Counted from the first letter of the whole stretch, positions 36,972 to 49,200 are shown. The stretch is DNA of 63,628 nt, filler included, from Cercozoa sp. M6MM (GCA_040357565.1; 6 parts of 6 records of this genome joined end to end with filler, not necessarily neighbours in it); one strand, 5' to 3'. The notes: a model not told the origin generated them from the letters alone. Numbers and translations: made by a program.

Positions 36972-39485
36972 TCATCCTGCCTTTAACTCATCAGCAGAGT
37001 CGTCGTCTTTGACGGCAATGCCGCCGGGATTCAGCATAATGTGACAAATGAGACTCGACTTGAACTTGTGAATCACCGAGGCCTGCAGCGAGAAAAATGA
37101 AACGCTAAGGTTACACATAGCCGTTAATTTTTTACCATCAGCCAATCCACAACTTCTTTTTGCACGTTTGCGAGTGCTTGTGACACGAGATTACTCGTCA
37201 CCATGTCATGCTTCACGGCTTCGTTTACCTCGTGTGTGTAGTCTTCAAGCCAATCGCTGACAATGCGAAGAGTTTCGGCCGAAAGCACGAGTGAGAGTGA
37301 CTGCAAAACGTGTCCAAACCATCGACATTCAACATCAACATAAGACGCGAGAGAAACTAAATGTACCGGGTCGACTGGATCTGCAATCTCGTGGCACAGT
37401 TCCAGCAGCGTGGTGGTTAGTGTGTCGCCTGTTTGCACAGCAACCGTCTGCGTTTATCGTTACACAGAGACAAAGCAGGTGAACCTCTAGTTTGTTCCGC
37501 AAGTGCCCGGTATTTGTCGCACTAAAGTCACAAGTTTGCACGCTTACACCAGAAAGGTATTGGAACTTGTAAGGGATTGACTTACCAAAAGGTAGACCTG
37601 TCATTCGGTAAAGAGATTACAGAGCGTCAGTCATGTAGATCTCGCAAGAATACAATACACTGCAAAGGAAGATTACCGTGACGGTCGCATCGCCGCTGTA
37701 TTCAAGCAACAGGAAATATCGAAGCGACACCGATGCGGTCGAGTCATGTCTGCGCTTGCGCACACACTGCACCTGCGAAAAGAAACTGCGAAACGAGAAA
37801 TGAACGCACAAGAACTCGTCGAGCAAGTTGCGGCGCTGCTTGAAGTCCAACGAAGCGTCCTGTATCTCCGAAACTGGTCAAAACATCAATTATATCTTAC
37901 ATCTTTTTGTTGAAACTGAAAGAAAAAAACTAGGTTCAAAGTTACGTGCATGACGCCAACGCGCAGTGAACAGTTTTTTCGATCTCGACACACTCTCGAG
38001 CTGTTTCGTCATTCAACAATGGAACATAAGAGTTGGCAGTATTAAAATAAAAGTCGGGCATCTCACAACGGCCTGTTGTCGCATGCGATCTGCCAGACTG
38101 TCCTTGGTGTTGTCTTCGTTGCTGGAGCGGCGGAATCTGAGAAGCACGAGTCACTCTGAAGTAAATTGAAATCAAGACAAAGAACTGCAGTTTTTTACAG
38201 GTGACTCAAATGACTTCGCCCCGCTCGTGGAACACTGTTTTCGCGACTTGACTCGAGCAAACGCAGGTGCTGCGTTTGGATCTCACTGCGAGTGAGACAT
38301 TCACGTTAATAATCGACAGAAAAGCTGCAGAAAGCTCGAGAAAACTGACGCGGCAATGCGCGAGAATGCCACACGGAACGCGAAACGAACGCTGCGTGTG
38401 AAGTGACTTGGCAGCTTGCTTTGGAGTGCACTCTCGATGGCCTCCAAGAAGTCAAAGTACGCGTCGAGTGGAATGCCTGTCCAGTCAGTTCAAGGGTACC
38501 ACTTCAGTCGAGAACAGTGAGATAAAATAAATCAACAGTATCCTTACCGTACTTAACGTGAGTGCTCGCAATGCGCGTCGCTCGTTCGGCGAGTGTGTCA
38601 AAGTCGTGCATCGATAAGACCTATTACCCAATGGGCAAAGGCCACAATACATATCCAGACCCAGATTGGGAAGCGAATGAACCGTCGAGGACAGCATGTG
38701 CATAAACAAGGCGGCACGACGACTCGACACGGCGACTGACTTGAGGTTGCTTCGGCCCTTTCGTCTCCTGCATAGAGACACGAGCTTGACTGGAAGTGAA
38801 AGAGAACAGTCAGAAGCAGAAACGTACGTGAAGATCTCCACGTGTTCAGGATGTTGATTGAAGAAGTTCTGATATAGCAGATGTCCCACCTCCAAGCGCT
38901 GGCATTCCACATAGTCGAACCTGCGCAAAGAACAGTGCTTTAGAACACACGAAAAGCATGGTTGACAAATGAGACCGTCAGTTTTACCAGAACTGCTGCA
39001 GTGTTGACACCAGTTCCGACTCGAATGAACTCGTGACGGTTCGGGCGTCACCTGCAAGACAAGCATTCGCAGGCGCAGTACTATCAACTCAAACACTTCA
39101 GTTTACGGGTGCTCACGCTGGCTCGAGTGGCGGCCAGACCGCAGTCGACAGTGTTGGTCGATTGAGGAGCACGACGCAGGCAGCGCGAAGGATCGTACGT
39201 CACGTCTAGCAAATGGAAGATGCGCGCGCCTAGTTCATCGATCGGAGGCAGTGGTTTTCCGATGCACGCATCGAAACCTGCCGTCAGGTAGTTCGCTTGA
39301 TCCTCCGCCGAGCAGTTTCCTTTCGATTCGATATCGGTCAATTCAGCTGGTCTCGATGAAATGAATGAAACTGTGTAGTACAGTACCAGTCCAGATGATG
39401 CAACAACTCTTGTACTCGGCTTGCTGCGTCTCTTCGAGTGCGCGAATTTCCTCCAAGATACTTAAACCTGCCGGGATCAGCACCA

Positions 39486-39518
<33 letters not shown>

Positions 39519-39556
39519 TATGTGTGTGTGTGTGTGTGGGTGTGTGGGTGTGTGTG

Positions 39557-39607
<51 letters not shown>

Positions 39608-41733
39608 GCGTGTGTGTGTGTGTGAGTGTGTGTGTGTGCGAACACAGTACCGTCGAGAACGCCACCGGCACGCGACAGGTTGAAGTCCACGAAAAAGATG
39701 CGCATATCTCGCCGACTACACTTACAGTTAAAGCATAGGAGGTACAGTAGACAACAGTCGGTGTACTGTACCTCGGAGGAGCCATCTGACACAGCACTTC
39801 GAGTGCCGACTCACCGGTTGGAAACTGATCGATGCGCCACTGCAAGTTGTGTCGTTTCATGAGCACTTGGAACTTCTTGGTCAGGATTCGGCGGTTCGGC
39901 CCTTCGTCATCAATCACGACGAGATTCACGTTGCGGTATTTGTCGTAGCTCACGGCGACTGCGGTTTCAAGGTTGCTGTTGCTGTCGTCGCAGTGCCGAA
40001 CTGGACTGTCCAGTTGGACCCTTCGCATTTCCAACGACATCACTGTATTGCAGGACTGATAAGTTGTGTGTGTGTGTTCGTACCTGAAGTTCGGTTCACT
40101 GACGAGTCGTATCGGAATCTCAACAGCACTGTCCAACAATATGACGATAATTAAACTGGAGAACTGAAAAGCACCAATTTACAAGCAAGCTCCAGTTCGT
40201 TCCGTCTCGAGACCAGCACAGTGTGTGTCATACAACAGGTCCGCACTGGGTCGGATCTCACTCGGCGTTGAACTGTACCACGGAGAGAACACTTCGATCA
40301 CGCCGCCCAACGCAGTGATCATTCGTTTCGAAATGAGTAGTCCCAGACCTGTACATAAAGGTCTTTTGTTTAAAACAGAGCACCTAGAGGAAGAACGAAG
40401 CAGGGGTGATACCAGAGCCATTCGCGATTTTAAAGCCGGGTTTTGACTGCTTCAACTGAAGGTCAGAAGTCGTTGGCGAGCTTTCTTTGGAAAGTTGTGC
40501 CCACTTCTGGAAGAGCTTGGCGATGCTCTCGGGCGGAACACCTGGCCCGGTGTCAAAGACACACATCTGAAGATACATAACTTTGTCCTCTTTGTTGTCG
40601 GAGTAGGGATCGTCTTGAACTTCGATTTGCAACTCGTTGCCCTCTCGGGTTCGATTCACAGAGCTAGCGCCGTCTTTCAGCATCAGAACAGGCTCCTCGG
40701 TGAAGGTTGCACGCAGCAACACAAACCCGCTGTTCGTGAACTTTACAGCGTTCGACAAGAGGTTGATCAGCACTTGTTTGAGCAAACGGCGACATGAGCG
40801 AAACTGAGGGTTGCTCGTCTCTTCTGGGGTTTCTGCCCAACAAGCTTTAAATTAAAGGTTTCAAAATGAATAAGAGCCCATGTACAGACATTAGATGAAC
40901 GAAAGAGTTCTTTTTGCTGTACAGTAATGTACCAAAGATAATCTGGACTCCGGGTTTTGCGAGGCGTTTAGGAATCATGCAGGTTTCGCGCAGGAAGTCG
41001 TTCAGGTAGATCTCGTCCGACGACAGGGTTGCCGATTGCATGTCCTCCAGTTTCGCAACATCGAGAACACCGTTGATCACATCAAGCGTGTGGAAACACG
41101 CCTGGAGGGCTTCGTTTGTCTCGGCCTCCACTTCGGCAATCTTGGCGATGAGTCGTTTGCGCAGCTCTGGTCGGCAGTCCGTTGCTTTAAGCGAGTGCAC
41201 TAAGGCTCGCAGCGCGGATGTGTTCTGAAGCGTCAACTCGATGCCGCCGCTCGCGGCGTTCAGCGGGTTTCGAAGCTCGTGCTGCAATGCTAATGCTCCG
41301 ATGAAAGACGGTCCAACCAACTGAAACAAAACTCACGAAAGTGAAGCTGAACACGTCGCGCTGTGTTCGAAGCAACTGCTCGACATGCTCCTTTGCGTGA
41401 TTTGTTAGCAAACGTTGCTGATAGAAAGTTGCCAGCAGCATGATTGCTGATAACACCGAGTAGACGGCTCCCATGAGACGCAACCTACCGACGGTGCATG
41501 ACAGCCGAGCAATTATTCAAGGTAAAATTAGGTCATCTACTATATTTTTTGACAGCTGGGTTGATTTGACTTACTCATTCGACTCTGCCGGTAGGAAGAC
41601 AAAAAGCGCGAACATCAAAGACACCCTGTAATGCACAATAGCACACCAAGAGTCAAGTAATCATGATATGAAACAAAAAGGATGCAAGACAATTGAACCC
41701 TGTCAGGAAGAACAGAAGTGCCTGTTCTGGCAT
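36972..41733 (-). CDS. Hybrid sensor histidine kinase with architecture 2TM-HisKA-HATPase_c-REC-globin-RGS; about 20 exons
   Basis: H-box FHELRNPL, N-box KQVLINLLSNAVKF, G1 DTGPG and G2 GSGLGL. REC: VIDDE, FFVD, IWTG, GKP. Globin: LQQFW, GHLLYQNFFNQHPEHVEIF, IASTHVKYGI. RGS: LDEFLHD..SLRYFLLLEYS..VYLLCDKYR and VQKEVVDWLM..HKFKSS. Exons join in frame through GT-AG introns. Confidence 0.82.
39487..39640. repeat. (GT)n microsatellite in a receiver-domain intron
   Basis: Seen directly in the sequence. Confidence 0.9.
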
Positions 41734-41798
41734 GGTTGACTGTCAAAGTGTTTTTCTGTGCACTTTAGGGTATTAAAAGCTAGGTATGCAAAAGTAAC

Positions 41799-41878
41799 TC
41801 AGGGGTAAAGGAGACTTCGACGAATACGAGAAACTGTGCGGTACTTTTTGCTCTCCTTTACCCTGAAGTCTATTCGTC
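41799..41878. repeat. Inverted-repeat cassette upstream of the histidine kinase
   Basis: TCAGG(G)GTAAAGGAGA / TCTCCTTTACCCTGA, plus GACTTC/GAAGTC and GACGAATA/TATTCGTC. Confidence 0.6.
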
Positions 41879-42128
41879 AATGTAAATTATGCCTGGAGGC
41901 AACACCAGACGCTTTCATTGCGTTCGATGACAGCACTACTCTGTAGTCTTAATAACACAGGATTAACTAGCTTGAGTTTTCTTTTCCGACTTCCATACAA
42001 CTTAAATTTACCAACAGGGACTCAAGCCCCCTCGGGTACTGTATTTGCAGCCGGAAAAATACCACGGCGACTGAAAAGCAAAACCGCAGATAGGTGGACG
42101 TTATTTTAGGATAGAGTGCTGAGGTTTG

Positions 42129-44282
42129 ATGGAAAACTCACAGTGGCAAGCCGTGACACGCGGTGGACCCGCTCAACGGGAATACGGGCGAATTCTGCTC
42201 CAGTTTCTTCGGTCAGAGACGGAGGGTATCACCCAAAGGACCGCACTCTCCCGGACGCTTCACCAGTACACTGTCAATTACGACTACACGCAATGCCAAA
42301 ACAGCGTCTTCTCTCATGTTGGTATCGCTTTACCAGTCCATGTCGTCAGTTCACACGTTCGGGTTTTGCAGACAGCGAGCGCGAGCGAGCCGACTCAAAG
42401 GTCGCGCAGTTCTGGATGCGAGTCTGGCGTAGCTACAGTGACAGCAATGACAGCTTTGTTCACGAGTCTGACCTCATTCTCCGCCAACTGGAAGCACTGA
42501 ACCTGGCCTTTTCGCATGAAGAAAGCGTCTACCCGCGCGAGCAGCGACGCATCGTGTCGCTGCACCTGTGTGCCTTGCCACTCGTGACACGGGCCATGTT
42601 TAGCTACAGTCTCTCAACCCTAAATGAGCAAGTACACGTGTCACTTTTCGTGTGGTGTGAAGCTTGTAATGCACTCGCGAAAGCAGTGGATGACACATTC
42701 TTCCTTCTCGTGAAACAACGGTTCACTTTCTTCAAACTGAAAGCAAGAAACTGCCGTTGAGAAACTCTGCAAATTTAGGGCCGAAATGCGGCGGCGAGCA
42801 CTTGCGAAATTGTGTGCTTTCGTTCTACACACATGTCGGCGCGGTATAGTCTCTGCTTATCGTTTGCTCGCTGTTTTTTAAGGCATTCACACACAGGAGA
42901 AACGCTGGGCTATGAAGTCATTGCACTGGGGAAGTCACTGTGCAAACTGGTCAATGGGAGCGACTACCACGATGTGGAAAAATACGAGAAAGGCATAGCT
43001 CGAATAGTTTCGGTGCTGAGGATTCTTGCGGAACGGAGTTCGCTTTGTGCTTTCGGAACACTCGGCCAGCACTTTGACGATCAAGCAGACTCACAGCTGA
43101 ACGATACAGAAACGCGCGTTCTTTTGCAAAGTCGACTAATCTCTGTCACTCGCGTTTGGTGCTTTGCCCCTCTGTGTACCTTTACCTTTATCGTTTATCC
43201 TCAAACAGTGCACACAAGTGGGTGCACCGCCATCTAACGAAACTGACGATAGCATTGGATCGAAACAACACGAGAAATGTGCAGTTGAAAGCACTCACAG
43301 CTTTGACTGAGTGCACGTGGGCGTTCGAACGAGGTTATCCATCCGTTAGTTCTTGACACTGTAAAACCTTTAACGACCTTCCCCGCAGGAGAAGAAGAAG
43401 ACTCGAAAGAAGAATTGTACCGGCTTTTTGAGTCTGTTCGCGACTGCGTCGATGCCTTGCGACACAACACGCGACTCGATTGTCAGGTAACCGTAAAGAG
43501 GGCAAAGATATGAGGATAAGAGGAGGTAAATGATAGGAAAAATCGTGTGTGCTTAACGCGCTGACACTCGCACTGACGCCTCTGCTCACGAATCGACTGT
43601 TTCGACGAGTCGACTTTCGCAACGACAACGCTTTCATCAGTCTGCTGTGGCTGCACCTCATGACTCTTGGCGGCTACACACACCAGGGTAATTTAGAGGG
43701 GTAGGGGATAAGAGAGGGGATAAAGGACAGTGTACAGGACAACACGTGGTCGACATGGACACCAGTCCAAGCAATGGCTACAACCTCATAGAACCGACTC
43801 CATTTGACACGTGTTTTCGCACCTACCACAGAGCTACCTTACTGCACCGAAACAGCGTACTGAAACTACTGTCCACATCGAGTAGAAGGAAAGGAATAAA
43901 GGGGAAGCTTTGCACACAGATCGTCGAGGCCTTGGAGCACGCGAGAGCGCCGACAGGAACCATTGCAGCAGCACCAATGATTGCCGATTTCTGTGGTCTC
44001 AACTTTCACTGCTGGCACGCTGTTTGCGATCCCTTCGACGGTCGCATTCGGTATCCACTTTGTCCCTTCCCTTCTTCCTTATACTCCTACCTCATCAATA
44101 CCCTAACACCCCCTCTCCCGCCCCGAAGAAAGCAGAGACGCAAGCTGGTGCGTCTGGCACAACGAATGCGACAGAGCGACCCGCGCGACTTTGTGCGACG
44201 TCGACGACTGCGTATAGCGTGCCTAGTGTGTCTCCTGGCCACGGCTGGTATCCTCGTCGTTTGCTACTCGATTCCTTCGTGA
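42129..44282 (+). CDS. Hypothetical helical protein with a C-terminal transmembrane anchor; multi-exon
   Basis: A chain of exons ending RRRRLRIACLVCLLATAGILVVCYSIPS*. Confidence 0.5.
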
Positions 44283-44521
44283 CGTGCATGCCGTGCTTTA
44301 AACTTAAGTCTTGATCAATATCATTTTATGCACCCGACCTGATTTCTACGCGTGCGCACAGTATACAGCGCAGTACACGCATCGTACAGTACAGCGTCTG
44401 CAGTTTAGATCTATTTATCAAACGATACGATACAACGCAAACGACGCACAACTCGGGCTCCTTGATCCTCCGGACTTCGACAGGCACGCACAACTTCGAC
44501 AGGCGAGGGATACATACAGTA

Positions 44522-44625
44522 TTACTCGAGGGCTCCGGCACCGAACAGAGCGACAGCGGCAGCAGCGACGAGAAGCGACGTCTGCGCGTGCATCGCACTC
44601 GACGGATCGTTCGGCTTGCATGACT
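44522..44625 (-). CDS. Last exon of a probable GPI-anchored protein (truncated by contig end)
   Basis: PNDPSSAMHAQTSLLVAAAAVALFGAGALE* follows a C-rich intron acceptor. Confidence 0.4.
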
Positions 44626-44637
44626 ACGGGTGGGGGG

Positions 44638-44737
44638 NNNNNNNNNNNNNNNNNNNNNNNNNNNNNNNNNNNNNNNNNNNNTTAATTAATTAANNNNNNN
44701 NNNNNNNNNNNNNNNNNNNNNNNNNNNNNNNNNNNNN
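44638..44737. other. Artificial contig-joining linker
   Basis: N-TTAATTAATTAA-N. Confidence 0.97.
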
Positions 44738-44754
44738 GGGGTACTGCTGAGGTA

Positions 44755-46005
44755 CGTTGCAGCGCGACTTTGGTCGCTCGAACGAGGCTCGCCGCTTCGC
44801 ATGTTTGTTGTACGCTTTCTCCTATCGGGGGGGGGGGGGTAAACAGGGGGGTAAAAGGGTTGACAATGTAGGGCCACACCGACGACGTGCAGTGCGTGAC
44901 GTCGCATCCGAATCTCAACTACGTGCTCACTGGATCATGTACCCTTACCCCCCCCCCTTATACCTTTACCCCCCCCCCCTAACTTTTATATGATTGTGAC
45001 AGACGACACGACAGCGCGCATGTTTGACATTCAAACTGGTACCCCCTTACCCCCTTACCCCCTTACCCCTTACCCTTACTCTTACCCTTACCCCCTGTAG
45101 GTCAGTGCTTGAGAATATTCGCGTCGCACAATGCGCCCGTCAGCAGCGTTGCTTTCTCGTACTGTGGTGCGTCTTTTGTCATATTTTGTGCATTGTTAAG
45201 GAGGTGTTTGTTTAACGGGGTGTTTGATTAACGGGGTGTTTGAATTGTTAAGCGAGTGTTTGATCTGTTAGGGGGGNNNNNNNNNNNNNNNNNNNNNNNN
45301 NNNNNNNNNNNNNNNNNNNNNNNNNNNNNNNNNNNNNNNNNNNNNNNNNNNNNNNNNNNNNNNNNNNNNNNNNNNNCCCCCCCCCCCCCCCGCAGGACGT
45401 GAATTCCGCCGAAGTGGCGGCCAAAGTGTCGTCGCGCAAATTTGCGAATTCCGTCGCTTTCAGTCGCCTTGATCTGCGAAAGCCTGATGGTGTGTTGACC
45501 TTGCTTCCCTCGTATTCCTTTATGTTACTCATGTAGAGAAAGGCTTGTTGTGTGCCACACACGATGATGGCACGGTTGGTACCATACCTCTATATTACCC
45601 TGACCCTTGACCCCTCACCCTGACCCCTGACACCTGACCCCTGACCCCTGACCCCCTACCTCTCGTACAGCCATGTGGGACGTGGCCAGTGCCATCCAAG
45701 AAAGCGCGCAAGACGGCGCGCCGCTCTCGTTCGCGTATGTCTCAACTCTCTTTGATTCAACTCTCTTTGAAAATTACACAAAACTGGAATCAACACTCTC
45801 GCTGTTTCTTCGAGCAGCGAGCGAAGGCGAAACGCGCTGCCGATCCGCGAATTTCACGTCAAAAATCGACCCGGTATTCTTTGTCATTCGTGTGTTTTTT
45901 CGTGTTGGGAAATACACAAAAGTATCTTTACTATCAGTGTCGGTCCGCTTCCTGCCGCGCAACATTGGTCTCGTATGCACCGTGCCGCACCACGTCGCTA
46001 ACTGA
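44755..46005 (+). CDS. TAF5: TFIID subunit 5, C-terminal WD40 repeats (partial)
   Basis: Spliced ARLWSLERGSPLRMFVGHTDDVQCVTSHPNLNYVLTGSYDTTARMFDIQTGQCLRIF matches the TAF5 HPN-x-NY repeat. Confidence 0.75.
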
Positions 46006-46212
46006 AGCTGCAACAGTCGGTGCTGAGTTCATTATCTCCGTCGCAAACGAGAAAAATCAAACTAAAATTTCTAGACCCAAGAAAATAAAAACTATCAAAA
46101 CACCCACACATTTGGCCGTAGTTAGATCTTCCAGTTCGTGGATCGGTACGTATAGCTAGCATAATAATCACCAAGAGCCACTAATTGACGCTGGTCCGTC
46201 CGCCAGAGTTGG

Positions 46213-49200
46213 ATGGATCGTGTGCCGCCAGAGCTGCACGACAGCGAGGCTGCGTTTAATGCCTTTCAGTTCTGGGTAGCTTTCGGACTAGCCTTTGTGT
46301 ATGCATAACAAGTATCGCTTTCTACTTTACGTAGGAAACGCCACTGGAGCAGCTCGAGGGCTGGCTGGAGCGAACTGAGCAGCGTATCGAGCGCGAGATT
46401 GCTTCAGCACCTCGGAGCGATATCGCAGGTATTTTTAATTTTTGATCTGCCCGCGCGGATGTTTTTGACTGGCTCTACTAATTAGGTAACTCTGTGGGAC
46501 GCCAACTGGTGACGCAACTGGGCGCTGCCTTGCGCGAACATGTTAGTTACCTTTCAGAGTTGAGTTGAGTTTTGACTTGACTTGACTTGACTTGACTTGA
46601 CTTGACTTGACTTGACTTGACTTGACTTGACTTGAGCTGAGCAATGAATTGATTTCGCGTGTTTGAGCAGTCAAACGCGGTTGAGTCGTTGCGTGCACTC
46701 GATCTGTAAGCTTGCATTCTCTGGTTTAACTTGCTCGCAACGCAACTGCTGACTGTAGACAAGTCACTTCGGGTCGTGCCTTGTTGGAGGTTGTTTTTCT
46801 TTCTCACAGTTGTTTTGATCAAGGGACATTTTGGTATTTGTAGTTGCGCCGCGCGGACGAACTGCGCGAAGCAGCAAGTCTCGTGACTCGACTCGAGTTG
46901 GTTTGCTCTTTCTACTGTCGGTTTTGAATGCTGTTTTTTGATTTTATTGACCCTGACAGGTGCAACAACTGCTGCACGATGTTGGTGAAGTAGCCACAGC
47001 GCCGGAACGGTTCGTTTCTTGAGTTTTGATTCTTTTTTTAAAACCCAACTCACGCTTGAGGCAGAGTGGAACAGCTGCTGGAGAAGGCTCGAAACGACGA
47101 CGACGCTGTCATGGTACATTTTGCAATGAGGGCAACGACGACTCTAAGCAACGTTTGCTGCTGACAGAAAGCAGTCGAAGCGGTTGAAGACAGTTTGCAT
47201 CGTGCATACGGGTTTATTAATGCTTTCAGAATTATCGTAGTTTGGGCTGTCCGCGCGAATGGTTGCTTCTGACAGACTGAGAGCGCAAGTGCCAGCCTTG
47301 CAGCACGTGCACCAAGCACTGTTGACGTCATCGCGACAGCTGTCGCAAGAGCTCTGCCAACAAGTCTGTTTCTCGTTTTCTATTTTGTTTCGATGTGTGA
47401 TAGTGCGTGTTGCTTTGACAGGTGCAAAGACAGTTGTTCACATTGCATACACATGAAACTTCAAAGTACTCTCAGTTAAATACAATAAAATGCGAGTATT
47501 CATTGAGTTTTGTGCAGTGAAGTCTGGTCGGATATCGAGAAACTCCTTGTGCTCATGCGCAGCAATGATACCACTGGGTTTTGCTTTCTTATTAAACGTA
47601 TTTACTTTTGTCACTCTTTATCAATTGTTTCGCAGTTCGGAATCAGCACGCCAACGCCGTCTTCGCCTGGTATTTTAGTCTTATTTTCTCTTACACTTTG
47701 GTATATCTTGTCCTTATAACATACGAAGCAACGACGACACCGATTGCGATCGACTGGCGACTTCAAACTGGTACCGTTGACTTTCCAAATTCAGGAGTGT
47801 TTTGCAGTATTTAATTTGCCTTTATGGCCTGCAGAAGCCACCAGTGGTCTTGGCGGCAGCAGCATCGGCACTTCGCAGCATTCTGGATGAGCACCCGTCA
47901 CTCCATTCACTCGTTTCGGTAGTTTAAAGTCTCAAAGTTGAAATTGCTTTCTTAGTTTGTTTTTTTACAGAGAGCACAGGGAGTCTGTCGATTGCGAAGT
48001 GCGGTAACATCTTGATGTTTCAGAGTTGCTTGTCACCAACGGCTCTTGTTTTTAACACAGGCCAAGTTGCGTGCCATGTTGGAGACCTCACTTGAGTCAA
48101 ATGTTCGCTCGTTTCAGTTTTTGTCAGCTTTGTTGTGTCATCGTAACAAAGTAACGAAACAGGTGTCGGCAATGGTGCAAGAGTTGCTGCAAAAGACAGC
48201 GCAAGATTTATACGACTCTGCCCGTCTGTCTTGGTATCCCCGAATATTGTATATGTCCTTTCTTTTAATGCGCGTGCAACAGGTCATTGTCACCGACGGA
48301 AGCTTTCGTGGTGTCGTCGCGTGCTTCAGGCGAAACCGTGCGATGCTTGTTGACGCGTGTATTTGCTGCTGGTACTTTCACTTTGCACAGAGAGCAATGT
48401 GCACACAGAGGTATGTGTATGGGTACATTGGAGCAGTGCGTGGGCTGCAGTGTGCGCTCGATCTGCTCGACCTGTGTCTTACCGAGCCCGAGTTGCCGCA
48501 GCTTATGTCACGAACATCCAATGACATTCCCCTGTGTAGTTCCCCACCTCACCTGTACATGACTTTTATTTGTATGTGCTGACATGGTGCACAGCTGCGT
48601 TACCGAAAACGGTGCCAATGACGCACGAGAAAAACCTTCCTTTCGTCGAGAAAACTCTCGCTGTGGCACAAAAGTGCATTTTGGTTCCTTTTCTTCATTC
48701 TTCTTTTTTGACGAGAGAGACACTTGTGCTGCAACAGAAACTGACCATGCCGTTGCTGCAAGCCAAGTCAATTCACACAGATAAAGGTTTGTAAAAAACG
48801 ATAGCACTATTTTTAGTTAGCACCGTGTGCTTTTTTATCAGAACCCGCGGGCGAGAAGCAGAAACTGCAGCAAAACACGCCGCTATCGCTGTTGACGCCA
48901 ATGACACTGATTGGTTTTGATGCTTCTTGTTTCTCTGTCCTTACTTCATTGGTTTCTATGTCTATTCTCACGGCACAGGCACTCCCGAAACCAAGGAAGA
49001 CAGCGAAATCACCGAGGAGGAAATTGGTTTGTCCAATCCTCAGAATTGTGTTGTACCGGTTGTATCCGATTGTGTTTGTAGAGTGGGTCAGAATTCTTCA
49101 ACAGGTACAGGAATCTGGTTCCTTCCAACCCTTTCCTTGTAGGAAGTACATATACATCCTCTCGTTTAGGTGCACTTGTTGCAACCGTCGCCGCTGCGCA

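Noticed and set aside
45040-45095. True telomere or telomere-addition site
   Set aside because: The tract is short, degenerate, and lies between in-frame TAF5 exons.
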